DNA of 64,000 nucleotides from Vicinamibacterales bacterium (GCA_965220695.1 OZ244838.1:3395293-3459292), one strand, 5' to 3'. Positions 44,747-54,755 are shown, counted from the first letter of the stretch. Numbers and translations are program-made. Notes: generated by a model from the letters alone, not told the origin.

Positions 44747-44944
44747 CAGCCCGTGGTGAAAGCCCCACTGCATTCGATCCCCGCTGAATTCTGCGCTTCC
44801 CCGCGGAATTCTGCTGTTTCACGCTGCATCCCGCGTGGCGGCGTTGCTCCTCGGTCACAAATGCCCCAATTTGCTCCCTCGTCGCGCCTTGCCACGCGGG
44901 CGCAGCGCCAATCTCGGTGCAACGCGGGGTTTCACCACGGGCTG
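44747..44944 (-). mobile_element. MITE-like TIR element, best-preserved copy (198 bp), flanked by CTAG on both sides
   Basis: The terminal 15 nt are perfect inverted repeats (cagcccgtggtgaaa / tttcaccacgggctg). ctag at 44743-44746 and 44945-44948 (the latter holds the purH TAG stop). Carries two extra tandem 20-mers at 44779-44818. Confidence 0.85.
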
Positions 44945-46561
44945 CTAGTGCCTGAAGTGCCGGCGCCCGGTGAACACCATGGCGATGCCGTGCTCATTCG
45001 CGGCGTTGATCACCTCCTCGTCGCGAACGGAGCCACCGGGCTGAACAACCGCTTTGGCGCCAGCCGAGGCAATGGCATCGAGGCCGTCCCGGAACGGAAA
45101 AAACGCGTCCGACGCGGCGGCCGTACCGGACAGGCCGGTTGTCGCCTTCATGACAGCCACATTGACTGCGTCGACCCGACTCATCTGACCGGCACCGATC
45201 GCAGCCAGCCTGTCCGCGGTGGCAAAGACAATCGCATTCGACTTGACGTGCGCGCAGACCCGCCACGCCATGCGCAACGCCGCCCACTCCTCGCCGGTCG
45301 GCTGCCGGGTGGTGACGACCCGGCGATCATCTCCGGCGGCAGTCTGGCCCACGCGGCCCCACGCAGACGCCGCTTCGGTCACCCGATCGTAGCGCTGGAC
45401 GAGAATCGCCCCCAGGATGGAGCGCACTTCCCGGAACATCGGCAGATCCGACGCGCCGTTCCGGCAGTCCGCCAGGACCACGCGCAGGTTCTTCTTCGTC
45501 GTGAACACCGCACGGGCTTCCACGTCGGCGTCTGGTGCGACTACCGCTTCGATGAAGGTCGACGTGATCTCCCTGGCCGTGTCACGGTCGATCGGGCGAT
45601 TCAGACCTACGATGCCGCCAAACGCCGACAGCGGATCAACCTCGCGCGCGGCCACGTAAGCCTCGCGCAGCGACGGCGCGGTGGCCACTCCGCATGGATT
45701 CATGTGCTTCACTACAACCGCTGCCGGCTCTTCGAACTCGCTGATCAGCCTCGCCGCCGCGTCGAGATCCAGCAGATTCGTGAACGAGAGCTCCTTCCCC
45801 TGCACGACCTCGGCGCCGCCGAACCCCCGCGGGCCGGCGCCATACATGGCCGCAATCTGGTGCGGATTCTCGCCATACCGCAAGCGGCGTTGCCGCACCG
45901 CTTCCAGAACCAGCGTGTCGGGGACCAGCTCATCGGAGGACGAGGTCCCGCGTGAGAAGACACCGTCGTTGACCTCAACCTCGGACAGGGCCCTCGAAAT
46001 CATGGCGTCGTAGGACCGGGTGTGCGAGAACGCCTTGATCGCCAGCGACAACCGGAACTCGGCAGTGGGTCCTCCGGCCCGGTCGAGTTGTTCCATCGTG
46101 CTGCGATAGTCCGCCGGCTCAACCACCACAAGCACATGCTGGAAGTTCTTGGCGGCGGCGCGGACGAGCGTCGGTCCTCCGATGTCAATCTCTTCGACAA
46201 GCGCCTCGACAGTCGTGTCGGGATCGGCAGCGGCCTGCGCGAACGGGTAGAGATTGACGACGACGATGTCGATCGGCTCGATGCCACGGGCTCCGATTGC
46301 CTCCAGATCGCCCTGGCGATCGCGGCGCGCGAGAATGCCGCCGTGTACCGCCGGGTGCAAGGTCTTCACCCTCCCATCCAACATCTCAGGAAACCCGGTG
46401 ACAGAGGACACGGGGGTCACCGGGAGCCCTGCCCGGGCCAGGATTCGCGCGGTGCCACCGGTCGACACGAGTTCGTATCCGCGGGCCTCCAACCCTCGCG
46501 CGAATTCGACGAGATCCGATTTGTCCGACACACTCAACAATGCTCGCATCCGCTCGCTCAC
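44945..46561 (-). CDS. purH: bifunctional AICAR transformylase / IMP cyclohydrolase
   Basis: ORF-track 538 aa, ...[18 protein letters not shown]...GGTA...[12 protein letters not shown]..., ends [12 protein letters not shown] 46561 preceded by GGGAGGAG. Confidence 0.95.
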   Translation of the reverse strand: MSERMRALLSVSDKSDLVEFARGLEARGYELVSTGGTARILARAGLPVTPVSSVTGFPEMLDGRVKTLHPAVHGGILARRDRQGDLEAIGARGIEPIDIVVVNLYPFAQAAADPDTTVEALVEEIDIGGPTLVRAAAKNFQHVLVVVEPADYRSTMEQLDRAGGPTAEFRLSLAIKAFSHTRSYDAMISRALSEVEVNDGVFSRGTSSSDELVPDTLVLEAVRQRRLRYGENPHQIAAMYGAGPRGFGGAEVVQGKELSFTNLLDLDAAARLISEFEEPAAVVVKHMNPCGVATAPSLREAYVAAREVDPLSAFGGIVGLNRPIDRDTAREITSTFIEAVVAPDADVEARAVFTTKKNLRVVLADCRNGASDLPMFREVRSILGAILVQRYDRVTEAASAWGRVGQTAAGDDRRVVTTRQPTGEEWAALRMAWRVCAHVKSNAIVFATADRLAAIGAGQMSRVDAVNVAVMKATTGLSGTAAASDAFFPFRDGLDAIASAGAKAVVQPGGSVRDEEVINAANEHGIAMVFTGRRHFRH

Positions 46562-46679
46562 TCTCTCCTCCCTACAGATCGACAGCGCGCCTGTATTCTG
46601 AACTTCTTGTCCGAATCACCACTCCAGCCTCGGGAATCACCGCCGCAATTCGCCCCCACGGTCCCTGTCCCGGGTAATC

Positions 46680-46709
46680 TTGACAACGGTAGACCGGCTT
46701 GGCTACGAT
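46680..46709 (+). promoter_or_regulatory. candidate promoter of the cold-shock gene
   Basis: TTGACA (46680-46685), N18, TACGAT (46704-46709), about 140 nt upstream of the csp ATG. Confidence 0.5.
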
Positions 46710-46737
46710 GCTGCACGGGTATGAGGGTGAGACCCGC

Positions 46738-46761
46738 AGACCGCTCGGGCGGTCTTTTTTT
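46738..46761 (+). terminator. intrinsic-terminator-like hairpin plus T7 inside the csp 5' leader
   Basis: AGACCGC-tcgg-GCGGTCT followed by ttttttt. There is no plus-strand gene upstream to terminate (purH diverges). Confidence 0.55.
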
Positions 46762-46847
46762 GTGCCCCCACGACGGCTCCCGCCGTCCTGGATCTCGTAA
46801 GCCGGGCGACATGCAACGTTGTCCACAAGCAAGTCAGGGGAAGCACG

Positions 46848-47054
46848 ATGCGCATTACAGGCAAAGTCAAATGGTTCAACAACGCCAAGGGGTATGGATT
46901 CATCGAACGTGAAGGCGGCAGTGACGTCTTCGTTCACTTCTCGGCGATTCAGGGCAACGGTTTTCGCACGCTCGAAGAGGGCCAGGCCGTCGAGTTCGAA
47001 ATCGTCGACGGACCCAAGGGCCCGCAGGCCGGGAACGTGACCCGCAGCGAATAA
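46848..47054 (+). CDS. cspA: cold-shock protein (CspA family)
   Basis: ORF-track 68 aa, [34 protein letters not shown]... (RNP1/RNP2 motifs). Confidence 0.95.
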   Translation: MRITGKVKWFNNAKGYGFIEREGGSDVFVHFSAIQGNGFRTLEEGQAVEFEIVDGPKGPQAGNVTRSE

Positions 47055-47062
47055 CCGCTCCA

Positions 47063-47089
47063 GCCCGGGCGCGCCCATCGCGCCCGGGC
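47063..47089 (+). terminator. GC-rich hairpin 9 nt after csp stop (possible terminator, no U-tract)
   Basis: GCCCGGGCGCG-cccat-CGCGCCCGGGC: perfect 11-bp stem. Confidence 0.4.
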
Positions 47090-47274
47090 AACGTTCCCTC
47101 CCGGTCGCTCCATTCCATTCCCGACTTCACGCGCGTGCACGCCGGCGCCGACTCATGATGCGGCCCACGGTGGCATCCCACCACGGCGCGGTCGGCTGTC
47201 ACATGGGAGACCGACCCGCGGCACCCCGCACGGTTCTGCCAGTTCGACCGGCGCTCGAGAGGCCGGCTCACCGG

Positions 47275-47330
47275 CAGCCCGCGGCAGCAGCCCCACTGCA
47301 TGCGCCCAGTGCTGCGCGCGGTTTTATCAC
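47275..47330 (-). repeat. left-TIR fragment upstream of selA
   Basis: cagcccgcggcagcagccccactgcatgcg aligns with cagcccgtggtgaaagccccactgcattcg. Downstream part diverged. Confidence 0.4.
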
Positions 47331-47416
47331 ATCCCCGGTCGCCGGCGTGGTGATATCCTGACAACCCGCGCTGGGGCGAGGCGTCCGTCGACCACGCCGC
47401 GCCACCGGACCTGTTC

Positions 47417-48802
47417 ATGACCACGCCGCGCGTTCTCCCGTCAATCGACCGCCTGCGTCAACGACCCGCGGTGCGCGCCCTTGAGGCAGAGTACGGACCC
47501 AACGCGGTCGTCGAGGCGCTACGGTACGTAGCCGACGGACTACGCAACGAATTGAACAGCAAGCACCCGCCGTCCATCAGGAATGGAGAGGAAGCCGCTG
47601 TCGCGTTGGAGCAGCGCACGGCAGAACGGCTGGCGGACGACTTCGCACCCTCGTTGGTGCCGGTGATCAACGCCACAGGCGTCATCGTCCACACGAATCT
47701 CGGGCGGGCGCCACTGGCGACCGCGGCCGTCCGGCGGGTCACCCGGTTGGCCGCCGGGTACTCGAATCTCGAGTATGACCTGGAGATTGGAACGCGCGGA
47801 TCCCGCGACAGACACGCCGAACACCTGCTCACCCGGATCACCACCGCGCCGGCCGCCGTCGTGGTCAACAACAACGCCGCAGCGGTGCTGATCGTGCTTT
47901 CCGCCCTGGCGAACGGCCGGGAAGTCATCGTCTCACGCGGCGAACTCGTTGAAATCGGCGGCGGGTTCCGAATTCCTGACGTCATGCGGCAATCTGGCGC
48001 CGATGTCCGGGAAGTCGGGACGACCAACAAGACTCGAGCGGCGGACTATGCGGCGGCCATCAGCAACCGCAGCGCCATGATCCTGCGAGTCCATCCGTCG
48101 AACTTCCGTATCCAGGGGTTCACGGAACGCCCCCGGCTCGATGAGCTCACGGCACTCGGCCGACAGTTCGATCTGCCAGTCGTCGAGGATCTCGGCAGCG
48201 GCAACCTGCTCGACGCCCAGGCCGCCGGGCTACTGGGAGAACCCTCGGCCGCGGCCAGTCTTGCGGCGGGGGTGACAGTCTGCTGCTTCAGCGGCGACAA
48301 GCTCCTTGGCGGGCCTCAGGCGGGGATACTCGTTGGCGAAACGGACGCCATCAGCCGGATCCGCGCCCACCCACTGATGCGCGCCGTCCGGATCGACAAG
48401 ATGACCTGCGCCGCGCTCGAGGCCACGCTGCTGGAGTACGCACGTGGACGGGCCGCCGAGACCATCCCTGTGGTCAGGATGATTGCCGCGAGTGCAGCCG
48501 GTATTGGAACACGCGCCGCCGCGTTGGCGGAGGGACTCGACGGGCACAGGTCATTCGAGGCCGACCTCGTCGATGGTGTCTCGACCGTCGGGGGTGGGGG
48601 CGCCCCGGGGTCGGCATTACCGACGTGTCTCATCCGGCTGACGCCCCGAAACGGATCCGCGGACGCTCTGGAGCGACGCCTGCGACAGTTGCGCCCGCCC
48701 GTAATCGCCCGGATCGAGAACGACCGGGTGCTGCTCGATCTGCGTACCGTCGCGCCCGATCAGGACGAACAGCTTGCTACCGCGCTGACCACCCTTGCCT
48801 GA
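47417..48802 (+). CDS. selA: L-seryl-tRNA(Sec) selenium transferase
   Basis: ORF-track 461 aa. LPSIDRLRQ N-terminus and FSGDKLLGGPQAGILVG PLP-Lys motif. Confidence 0.88.
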   Translation: MTTPRVLPSIDRLRQRPAVRALEAEYGPNAVVEALRYVADGLRNELNSKHPPSIRNGEEAAVALEQRTAERLADDFAPSLVPVINATGVIVHTNLGRAPLATAAVRRVTRLAAGYSNLEYDLEIGTRGSRDRHAEHLLTRITTAPAAVVVNNNAAAVLIVLSALANGREVIVSRGELVEIGGGFRIPDVMRQSGADVREVGTTNKTRAADYAAAISNRSAMILRVHPSNFRIQGFTERPRLDELTALGRQFDLPVVEDLGSGNLLDAQAAGLLGEPSAAASLAAGVTVCCFSGDKLLGGPQAGILVGETDAISRIRAHPLMRAVRIDKMTCAALEATLLEYARGRAAETIPVVRMIAASAAGIGTRAAALAEGLDGHRSFEADLVDGVSTVGGGGAPGSALPTCLIRLTPRNGSADALERRLRQLRPPVIARIENDRVLLDLRTVAPDQDEQLATALTTLA

Positions 48803-48985
48803 GGCCACGGGCCGTCCAGGCGTTCGGATTCGAGGCCGGAACCGTTCCAGGGACCCGAGCAGGTGACGCGCAGGAACGTCGCCGCGTCCCGCGCCACCTC
48901 GTTGCGCATGCCCAGGGCCAACTGATACACACCGAACCCTGTGGGTATGTGTCGCGCAGACTCCGCACTGGTCGGCAGCTCTTGG

Positions 48986-49189
48986 TCAGATGGCCGACAC
49001 ACTTCGATCGGTCTTGCGGTTCGGGCAAGCGGCGCATGTCAGCGGTTCGCCGTCCGATCCCACGGCATCGGGACCGCCGCACGAACCTCGCAGGCAGCGC
49101 CCGTCGACGATGACGCCCACCGCCATGATGGCCATTACAATCGCGATGCCGCCGAGGGTCAGCAGAAACAGCGCCACGTCACTTCCCAT
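48986..49189 (-). CDS. nqrM: (Na+)-NQR maturation protein NqrM
   Basis: C-terminal 67 aa of ORF 48986..49252: one TM helix (VALFLLTLGGIAIVMAIMAVGVIV), then RGSCGG...CAACP. Sits directly after apbE as in nqr loci. Confidence 0.75.
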   Translation of the reverse strand: MGSDVALFLLTLGGIAIVMAIMAVGVIVDGRCLRGSCGGPDAVGSDGEPLTCAACPNRKTDRSVSAI

Positions 49190-49190
49190 T

Positions 49191-50252
49191 CTACGACGTC
49201 CCGCTCCCGACCAGTCGTTCAAAATCCACGGTAGCCCGCGCCGTGATGCCACCGGTATCGCCGCGAATCAAGAACAGCGCCGCCCACCCCTGCTCGACCG
49301 CCAGGGCGTACCCCTGCTCGTGGCCCAGGACGCTCAACGCTGTCGCCAGTCCGTCCGCGACAACACAGTCGTCGGCAATAACGGTCACCGAGGCGAGCCG
49401 ATGCTCGACTGGCCGCCCGGTACGGGGATCGATCGTGTGCGAGACCAGCCTGCCGTCCACTTCCCGCACGTTGTGATAGTCGCCTGATGTCGCCATTGCC
49501 TTGTCGCTCAACGGCACGACGCGCTCAATGCCGCCTTCCTCGCTCGGGCGCTCGATGCCGATCCGCCAGGGACGCCCGTGCTGGTTCAGACCCCCGGCGA
49601 CAATCTCACCGCCCACTTCGACCATGTACCGGGTCACACCCATCTCGACGAGCGTGCGGGCCACCTGGTCAACTGCGTAACCTTTCGCCACCGCTGACAG
49701 GTCGCATTCAAGCTCGGGATCGGTCTTGCGAAGCGTCGAATTTCCCGCATCGAGCACAAGCTTCGAGAATCCTGTCCGGCCCCGCAATCGGGACAACTGT
49801 GCATCGTCCGGTGGGAGCACGTCGGGCTCGTCCGGGCCGAAGCCCCACGCATTCACCAACGGCCCGACCGTGACGTCAAGCGCGCCACCGGTCAACTCGC
49901 TGATCGCCTGTGCCTGGCGGACGACTTCAAAGGTGGCCGGCGACACCTGAAACGGTTCGGTGGTGCGGGCGTCGTTGAAACGCGACAACTCGGACACCGG
50001 CTCGTAGGTGGACATGGCCGACTCCACCGCGTCGAGGGCCGCCTGAATCCTCTCACCGATCCGTTGGCGCCACGCGTGTTCACGATCATCGGCGGACACC
50101 ACCCGCACCGTATAGGTGGTACCCATCGTGGCCCCATCGAAGACGGGAACGACAAGTCCCGCCTCCGGCGCAGCGACAGTCGGACCGCACGCAGCGGTTC
50201 CGATCAGCAGCGCGGCCGGCAGGAGTCTCGGTATCGCGCGGCAGATGGCCAT
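49191..50252 (-). CDS. apbE: FAD:protein FMN transferase ApbE (lipoprotein)
   Basis: ORF 49191..50354. ATG 50252 gives MAICRAIPRLLPAALLIGTAAC (lipobox). ApbE-type ...MATSGDYHN... motif. Confidence 0.88.
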   Translation of the reverse strand: MAICRAIPRLLPAALLIGTAACGPTVAAPEAGLVVPVFDGATMGTTYTVRVVSADDREHAWRQRIGERIQAALDAVESAMSTYEPVSELSRFNDARTTEPFQVSPATFEVVRQAQAISELTGGALDVTVGPLVNAWGFGPDEPDVLPPDDAQLSRLRGRTGFSKLVLDAGNSTLRKTDPELECDLSAVAKGYAVDQVARTLVEMGVTRYMVEVGGEIVAGGLNQHGRPWRIGIERPSEEGGIERVVPLSDKAMATSGDYHNVREVDGRLVSHTIDPRTGRPVEHRLASVTVIADDCVVADGLATALSVLGHEQGYALAVEQGWAALFLIRGDTGGITARATVDFERLVGSGTS

Positions 50253-50260
50253 GAGCGGCG

Positions 50261-51532
50261 TTAACCGAAATCGTCGAACAGGATATTCTCGGGTTCCACT
50301 CCGATCGAGTCGAGCATGTTCATGCAGGCCTTGAGCATCATTGGTGGGCCGCACAGGTAGTACTCGATGTCTTCAGGCGCCCGGTGCGTCGCGAGATAAT
50401 TGTCGAACACGACCTGATGGATGAAGCCGGTATAGCCGGACCACTTGTCCTCCGGCAACGGCTCGGACAACGCCAGGTGCCACGCGAAATTCTCGTGCTC
50501 ATTCGCGATGGTATCGAAATCGTCGAGGTAGAACGCCTCGCGCAAACTGCGCGCACCATACCAGTACGACACTTTTCGGGAGGTTCCCAGCCGCCGGAAC
50601 TGGTCGAAGATGTGAGACCGCATCGGCGCCATGCCGGCGCCGCCGCCAATGAATATCATCTCGGCTTCGCTCTCCTTCGCAAAAAACTCGCCGAACGGCC
50701 CTGAGATGGTCACGTCGTCGCCCGGCTTCAGGTCGAAGATGTACGAGCTCATCTTCCCCGGCGGCGTCCCTTCCGGCGCCCGCGGCGGTGGCGAAGCCAC
50801 CCGTATGTTGAGAATGATGACGCCACGTTCCTCCGGATAGTTCGCCATCGAGAACGCACGGGTCACCGGTTCTTCGATCGTCGACACGTAGCGCCAAAGA
50901 TTGAATTTATCCCAGTCGGCGCGATACTCCTCGTCGATGTCGAAATCGGCGTAGTTCACGGTACCCGGCGGTGCTTCGATCTGGATGTAGCCTCCCGCAC
51001 GGAACGGCACCGACTCCCCCTCAGGCAGCACGAGTACGAGTTCCTTGATGAAGGTGGCGACGTTGTTGTTCGACCGCACCCTGCAGCGCCACTGCTTGAC
51101 CGTGAACACCTCGGGCGGCAGTTCGATCTCCATGTCCTGTTTCACCTTGACCTGACAGGACAGGCGTTGTCCGTTGCGCGCCTCGCCGCGCGAGATGTGA
51201 CTCAACTCCGTGGGCAGAATCACGCCGCCGCCGTCACGCACCGTGACCGTGCAGACACCGCAACTACCCTTCCCGCCGCAAGCCGACGGAATGAAGATAC
51301 GGTTCGACGCCAAGGTGCCGAGCAGGGTCCCGCCGGCACTGGTGCAGAGGGCCTTGTCCGGATCGCCGTTGACGGTGATGGTCACGTCGCCGGTGGCCAC
51401 GAGCTGCCGCCGGGCAAGCATCAGCAATCCCACCAGCGCCACGACGGTGAACGTGAACATGCCGACACCCAGCAGGACGGTGGTCACAACGGTGAACGTG
51501 AACATGCCGACACCCAGCAGGACGGTGGTCAC
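50261..51532 (-). CDS. nqrF: Na+-translocating NADH-quinone reductase subunit F (N-terminal TM segment duplicated)
   Basis: ORF 50261..51679. GTG 51532 overlaps the nqrE stop (GTGA). 2Fe-2S motif [12 protein letters not shown]; [12 protein letters not shown] motif. Confidence 0.9.
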   Translation of the reverse strand: MTTVLLGVGMFTFTVVTTVLLGVGMFTFTVVALVGLLMLARRQLVATGDVTITVNGDPDKALCTSAGGTLLGTLASNRIFIPSACGGKGSCGVCTVTVRDGGGVILPTELSHISRGEARNGQRLSCQVKVKQDMEIELPPEVFTVKQWRCRVRSNNNVATFIKELVLVLPEGESVPFRAGGYIQIEAPPGTVNYADFDIDEEYRADWDKFNLWRYVSTIEEPVTRAFSMANYPEERGVIILNIRVASPPPRAPEGTPPGKMSSYIFDLKPGDDVTISGPFGEFFAKESEAEMIFIGGGAGMAPMRSHIFDQFRRLGTSRKVSYWYGARSLREAFYLDDFDTIANEHENFAWHLALSEPLPEDKWSGYTGFIHQVVFDNYLATHRAPEDIEYYLCGPPMMLKACMNMLDSIGVEPENILFDDFG

Positions 51533-51533
51533 A
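51444..51533 (-). repeat. perfect 45-bp tandem duplication (2 units) spanning nqrE stop / nqrF start
   Basis: 51444-51488 and 51489-51533 are identical (acggtgaacgtgaacatgccgacacccagcaggacggtggtcaca). This encodes (V/M)[14 protein letters not shown] twice. Confidence 0.95.
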
Positions 51534-52143
51534 GTTGCACCCCGGCGAACGCCATGAAACCGATGGCCATCAATCCCACGATGATGAATGTCAACCCGAG
51601 ACCGCGCAGTCCCGTCGGCGGATTGCTGTAGCGCAAGCGCTCGCGGATACCGGCGAGCGCCACGATGGCGAGCGCCCACCCGACACCTGAGCCGAATCCG
51701 AAAACGGCGCTCTCGACCAGGTTGTAGCTGCGCTCCATCATCCAGAGAGAGGCGCCCAGGATGGCGCAGTTGACCGCGATCAGCGGCAGAAAGATGCCCA
51801 GCGCCGCGTAGAGCGCCGGGGCGAATCGATCCAGCGTCATTTCGACAATCTGGGTCATGGCCGCGATCGTGCCAATGTAGGTCAGGAATCCGAGAAACGA
51901 CAGGTCATAGGCTGCCAGCGATGGCGACACCCAGGCCAGGGCGCCCGGCTTCAGCGCGTAGGTGTAGACCAGGTTGTTCAGCGGCACCGTTACCGTCAGT
52001 ACGAAGATCACGGCGGCGCCAAGACCGAGGGCGGTCGACACCCGCTTCGACACCGCGAGAAACGAGCACATGCCGAGAAAGAAGGCGAGCGCCATGTTCT
52101 CGACGAATATCGCCTTGACCGCCAGATTCAGGTAGTACTCCAT
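51529..52143 (-). CDS. nqrE: Na+-NQR subunit E
   Basis: ORF 51529..52254. ATG 52143 ([26 protein letters not shown]...) overlaps the nqrD stop. Confidence 0.9.
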   Translation of the reverse strand: MEYYLNLAVKAIFVENMALAFFLGMCSFLAVSKRVSTALGLGAAVIFVLTVTVPLNNLVYTYALKPGALAWVSPSLAAYDLSFLGFLTYIGTIAAMTQIVEMTLDRFAPALYAALGIFLPLIAVNCAILGASLWMMERSYNLVESAVFGFGSGVGWALAIVALAGIRERLRYSNPPTGLRGLGLTFIIVGLMAIGFMAFAGVQL

Positions 52144-52763
52144 CAGTCGGCCTCCACCTGTTCCGGTTTCCAGATCCTGATGGCCCAGATGAAGAACCCG
52201 ATGATGAAGAACGCGCCGGGCGACAACACCATCAACCCGTTGGGCGTGTACCACCCGCCCTCGCTCGCCAGCGCCAGCAACTGCACCCCGAACAAGGACC
52301 CCGAACCGAACAGTTCCCGGATGACCGCGGTCCCGGCCAGGATCACGGCATACCCCAGCCCGTTGCCGATGCCGTCGATCATGCTCATGCGAGGCGGGTT
52401 CTGCATGGCGTAGGCCTCGGCCCGGCCCATGATGATGCAGTTGGTGATGATGAGCCCGACAAACACCGAGAGCTGCTTCGAAATCTCGAATACATAGGCT
52501 TTCAATACCTGGTCGACCACGATCACCAGCGAGGCGATGATGGTCAACTGGACGATGATCCGGATGTTGGTCGGGATCTGATTTCGCAGCAGACTGACGA
52601 ACAGGTTCGAGAACAGCAGCACGAACACGACCGCCGCGCTCATCACCAGCGCGGTGTCCATCTTGGTCGTGACCGCCAGTGCAGAGCAGACACCGAGTAC
52701 CTGCAGCGCGATCGGGTTGTTGTTGAAGAGCGGATCGATCAGCGCGTCACGTGACTTGGACAT
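52143..52763 (-). CDS. nqrD: Na+-NQR subunit D
   Basis: ORF-track 206 aa, ...[20 protein letters not shown]... Confidence 0.9.
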   Translation of the reverse strand: MSKSRDALIDPLFNNNPIALQVLGVCSALAVTTKMDTALVMSAAVVFVLLFSNLFVSLLRNQIPTNIRIIVQLTIIASLVIVVDQVLKAYVFEISKQLSVFVGLIITNCIIMGRAEAYAMQNPPRMSMIDGIGNGLGYAVILAGTAVIRELFGSGSLFGVQLLALASEGGWYTPNGLMVLSPGAFFIIGFFIWAIRIWKPEQVEAD

Positions 52764-53545
52764 CAGTCGCCGCCTCCCTCATCGCGCAGCCGGGTCAGAT
52801 ACGGTCCGAATCCGTCCGCCCCCAGCCAGAACTTCAGAAGCTGCTCCACCCCCCGGCTCGTGATGGTGGCGCCCGACAGCCCGTCGACCGCATAGGGATC
52901 GCTGTCGGCCGGACCAGCGAGCCCCTTCACGACCGCGATTGCGGGCACGAGATCGTCATCGAACGCGAGCCGGCCGGGCCAGAGCGCCTTCCAGCGCGGG
53001 TTGTCCACTTCGCCGCCCAGGCCTGGCGTCTCCTTGTGCTCGTAGAAGGTCAGCCCGCGAATCGTGCGCAAATCGCCCTCCAGCGCGACGAACCCATATA
53101 GCGTACCCCAAAGCCCCAGCCCCTCGACGGGCAGGACCACCATCTGGAGACGACCGCTCCCATCGCGCACCTCGTAGACGAGCGCCTCGGTCGGCAGACG
53201 CATGACCCGCGCCGCGTTGTCGGGGGCCTCCCTGCTGCTTTCCGGATCGATCGCGGCTGCGCGCTGGTCGAACCCGGCGGGGTCGATGCCGTCGACCGGC
53301 GCGCCGCTGACCAGATTCAGCACCACCGGAGCAATCGGTGCGAATCGCGCCGCGACTTCATCCGTGTCAAGCGACTCGGCATCGGTCGCCAGCCCGGCGG
53401 CCAGCAGCACGTTACGCTGCTTGTCGAGTCTCGCATTCCGATCCTGCCGATCTGCCAGCGTCACGGCGGCCGCCGACACCACGACCGCACAGACGAGGCA
53501 GACCACGGCCGCGAAGCCCAGGTTGTAGCTGACGCTACCCTGCAT
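52763..53545 (-). CDS. nqrC: Na+-NQR subunit C
   Basis: ORF 52763..53587. ATG 53545. One N-terminal TM segment and the FMN-attachment motif SGATITS. Confidence 0.88.
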   Translation of the reverse strand: MQGSVSYNLGFAAVVCLVCAVVVSAAAVTLADRQDRNARLDKQRNVLLAAGLATDAESLDTDEVAARFAPIAPVVLNLVSGAPVDGIDPAGFDQRAAAIDPESSREAPDNAARVMRLPTEALVYEVRDGSGRLQMVVLPVEGLGLWGTLYGFVALEGDLRTIRGLTFYEHKETPGLGGEVDNPRWKALWPGRLAFDDDLVPAIAVVKGLAGPADSDPYAVDGLSGATITSRGVEQLLKFWLGADGFGPYLTRLRDEGGGD

Positions 53546-54755
53546 GGCGGGCCCTCCTGCGCCGGACGTTTGCCCGCACGGCGACATAGTCGATCAGCGG
53601 CGCAAACAGGTTCATGAACAAGATGGCCAACATCATCCCTTCGGGATAGGCCGGATTCACCACCCGGATGAGCACGGCGAGCAGACCGATGAGGAACCCG
53701 TATGCATAGTGCCCGCCAGGGATCGACGGTCCAGACACCGGGTCGGTCGCCATGTATACGGTGCCGAAAGCCCAGCCACCCGCCAGCATGTGCCAGAGAG
53801 GCGTGACACCGAAAAACGGATTGGTCGTCGACCCGACCGCGTTGAGCAACAGGGCGGTCCCGACCGTGCCTGCCACCACGCTCAGCATTATTCGCCACGA
53901 ACCTATTCCGGTCGCGATGAGCACCGCCGCCCCTGCCAGGCACGCCAGAACCGACGTTTCTCCCATCGACCCGGGCATCAACCCGAGGAACGCCTGCCAG
54001 ACATCGGCGGCGCCGCTGACACCGTCCATGCCACTCTCGGTAGCCAGGGCCAGCACCGTCGCGCCGCTCACACCGTCGGGCGCGGTACCGGCCGCAATCC
54101 AGATCGCGTCGCCGGACATCTGTGCCGGATAGGCGAAGAACAGAAACGCGCGCGCGGTCAGCGCCGGGTTCAGCACGTTCATGCCGGTGCCGCCGAAGAT
54201 CTCCTTGCCGACGACAACCCCGAACGACACTCCGAGGGCGACCTGCCATAGCGGTATGGTGGCCGGCAGTGTCAGCGGCAGCAGCATGCCGGTGACCAGA
54301 AACCCCTCGTTGATTTCGTGTCCCCGGATACTTGCGAACAACGCCTCCCAAACACCGCCCACCGCAAAAGTGACCACAAGCACCGGCACAAAGTAGAGCG
54401 CCCCGTGCACCAGACAGGCCCACCAGTCCTCGGGAGCGAACGACAGCCCCAGCGATTCCATGGTGTACGTCTGCCAGACATCGAGGGGCGCCGCACCGGC
54501 GGCGATCGCCAGGTGCGCCTGATAGCCAGTGTTGTAGAGCGCCATGTAGATGCATCCGACCAGCGCAATGATGACGGTCGTCATCAGACGCTTCATGTCG
54601 AGCGCGTCCCGTACATGGGGCGCCGACCGGGTTACCTCGCCCGGGGTGTACAGGAACGTGTCCTGCGCTTCCCAGAGCGGATACAACCGCTCGAAGCGCC
54701 CGCCCTTCTCGAAGTGACGGGCCTGCTTGTCGAGCAGGTCGCGCAGAAACGCCAT
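53535..54755 (-). CDS. nqrB: Na+-NQR subunit B
   Basis: ORF-track 406 aa, polytopic, GVSGATVLA FMN site. Confidence 0.9.
   Translation of the reverse strand: MAFLRDLLDKQARHFEKGGRFERLYPLWEAQDTFLYTPGEVTRSAPHVRDALDMKRLMTTVIIALVGCIYMALYNTGYQAHLAIAAGAAPLDVWQTYTMESLGLSFAPEDWWACLVHGALYFVPVLVVTFAVGGVWEALFASIRGHEINEGFLVTGMLLPLTLPATIPLWQVALGVSFGVVVGKEIFGGTGMNVLNPALTARAFLFFAYPAQMSGDAIWIAAGTAPDGVSGATVLALATESGMDGVSGAADVWQAFLGLMPGSMGETSVLACLAGAAVLIATGIGSWRIMLSVVAGTVGTALLLNAVGSTTNPFFGVTPLWHMLAGGWAFGTVYMATDPVSGPSIPGGHYAYGFLIGLLAVLIRVVNPAYPEGMMLAILFMNLFAPLIDYVAVRANVRRRRARHAG

Noticed and set aside
46651-46667. Additional element tip-like matches (cgcccccacggtccctg next to the csp promoter; ggccacgggccg after the selA stop at 48803-48815; ctcggtaaccccaacccctggt after the tuf copy 1 stop)
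   Set aside because: The matches are only 10-17 nt with several mismatches. In a GC-rich genome these could be chance, so they are not counted as copies.
46572-47078. 168-aa minus-strand ORF spanning the csp locus
   Set aside because: It is antisense to a textbook cold-shock gene and its leader. It has no RBS and an Arg/Gly/Pro-rich artefact composition.
48803-48985. tRNA-Sec, SECIS or another RNA next to selA (GTTCGGATTCGAGG looks T-loop-like; there is also a nested GGTGACGCG...CGCGCCACC stem)
   Set aside because: No cloverleaf can be drawn, and there is no TCA anticodon loop. The T-loop-like string has G where the invariant A58 should be. The stem is most simply a terminator-like structure between convergent selA and nqrM.
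51444-51533. Tandem repeats and dispersed repeats as a CRISPR array
   Set aside because: There are only two contiguous units with no spacers, and they lie inside a coding junction. The dispersed element copies are 170-200 bp, irregularly spaced and have TIRs. There are no cas genes.
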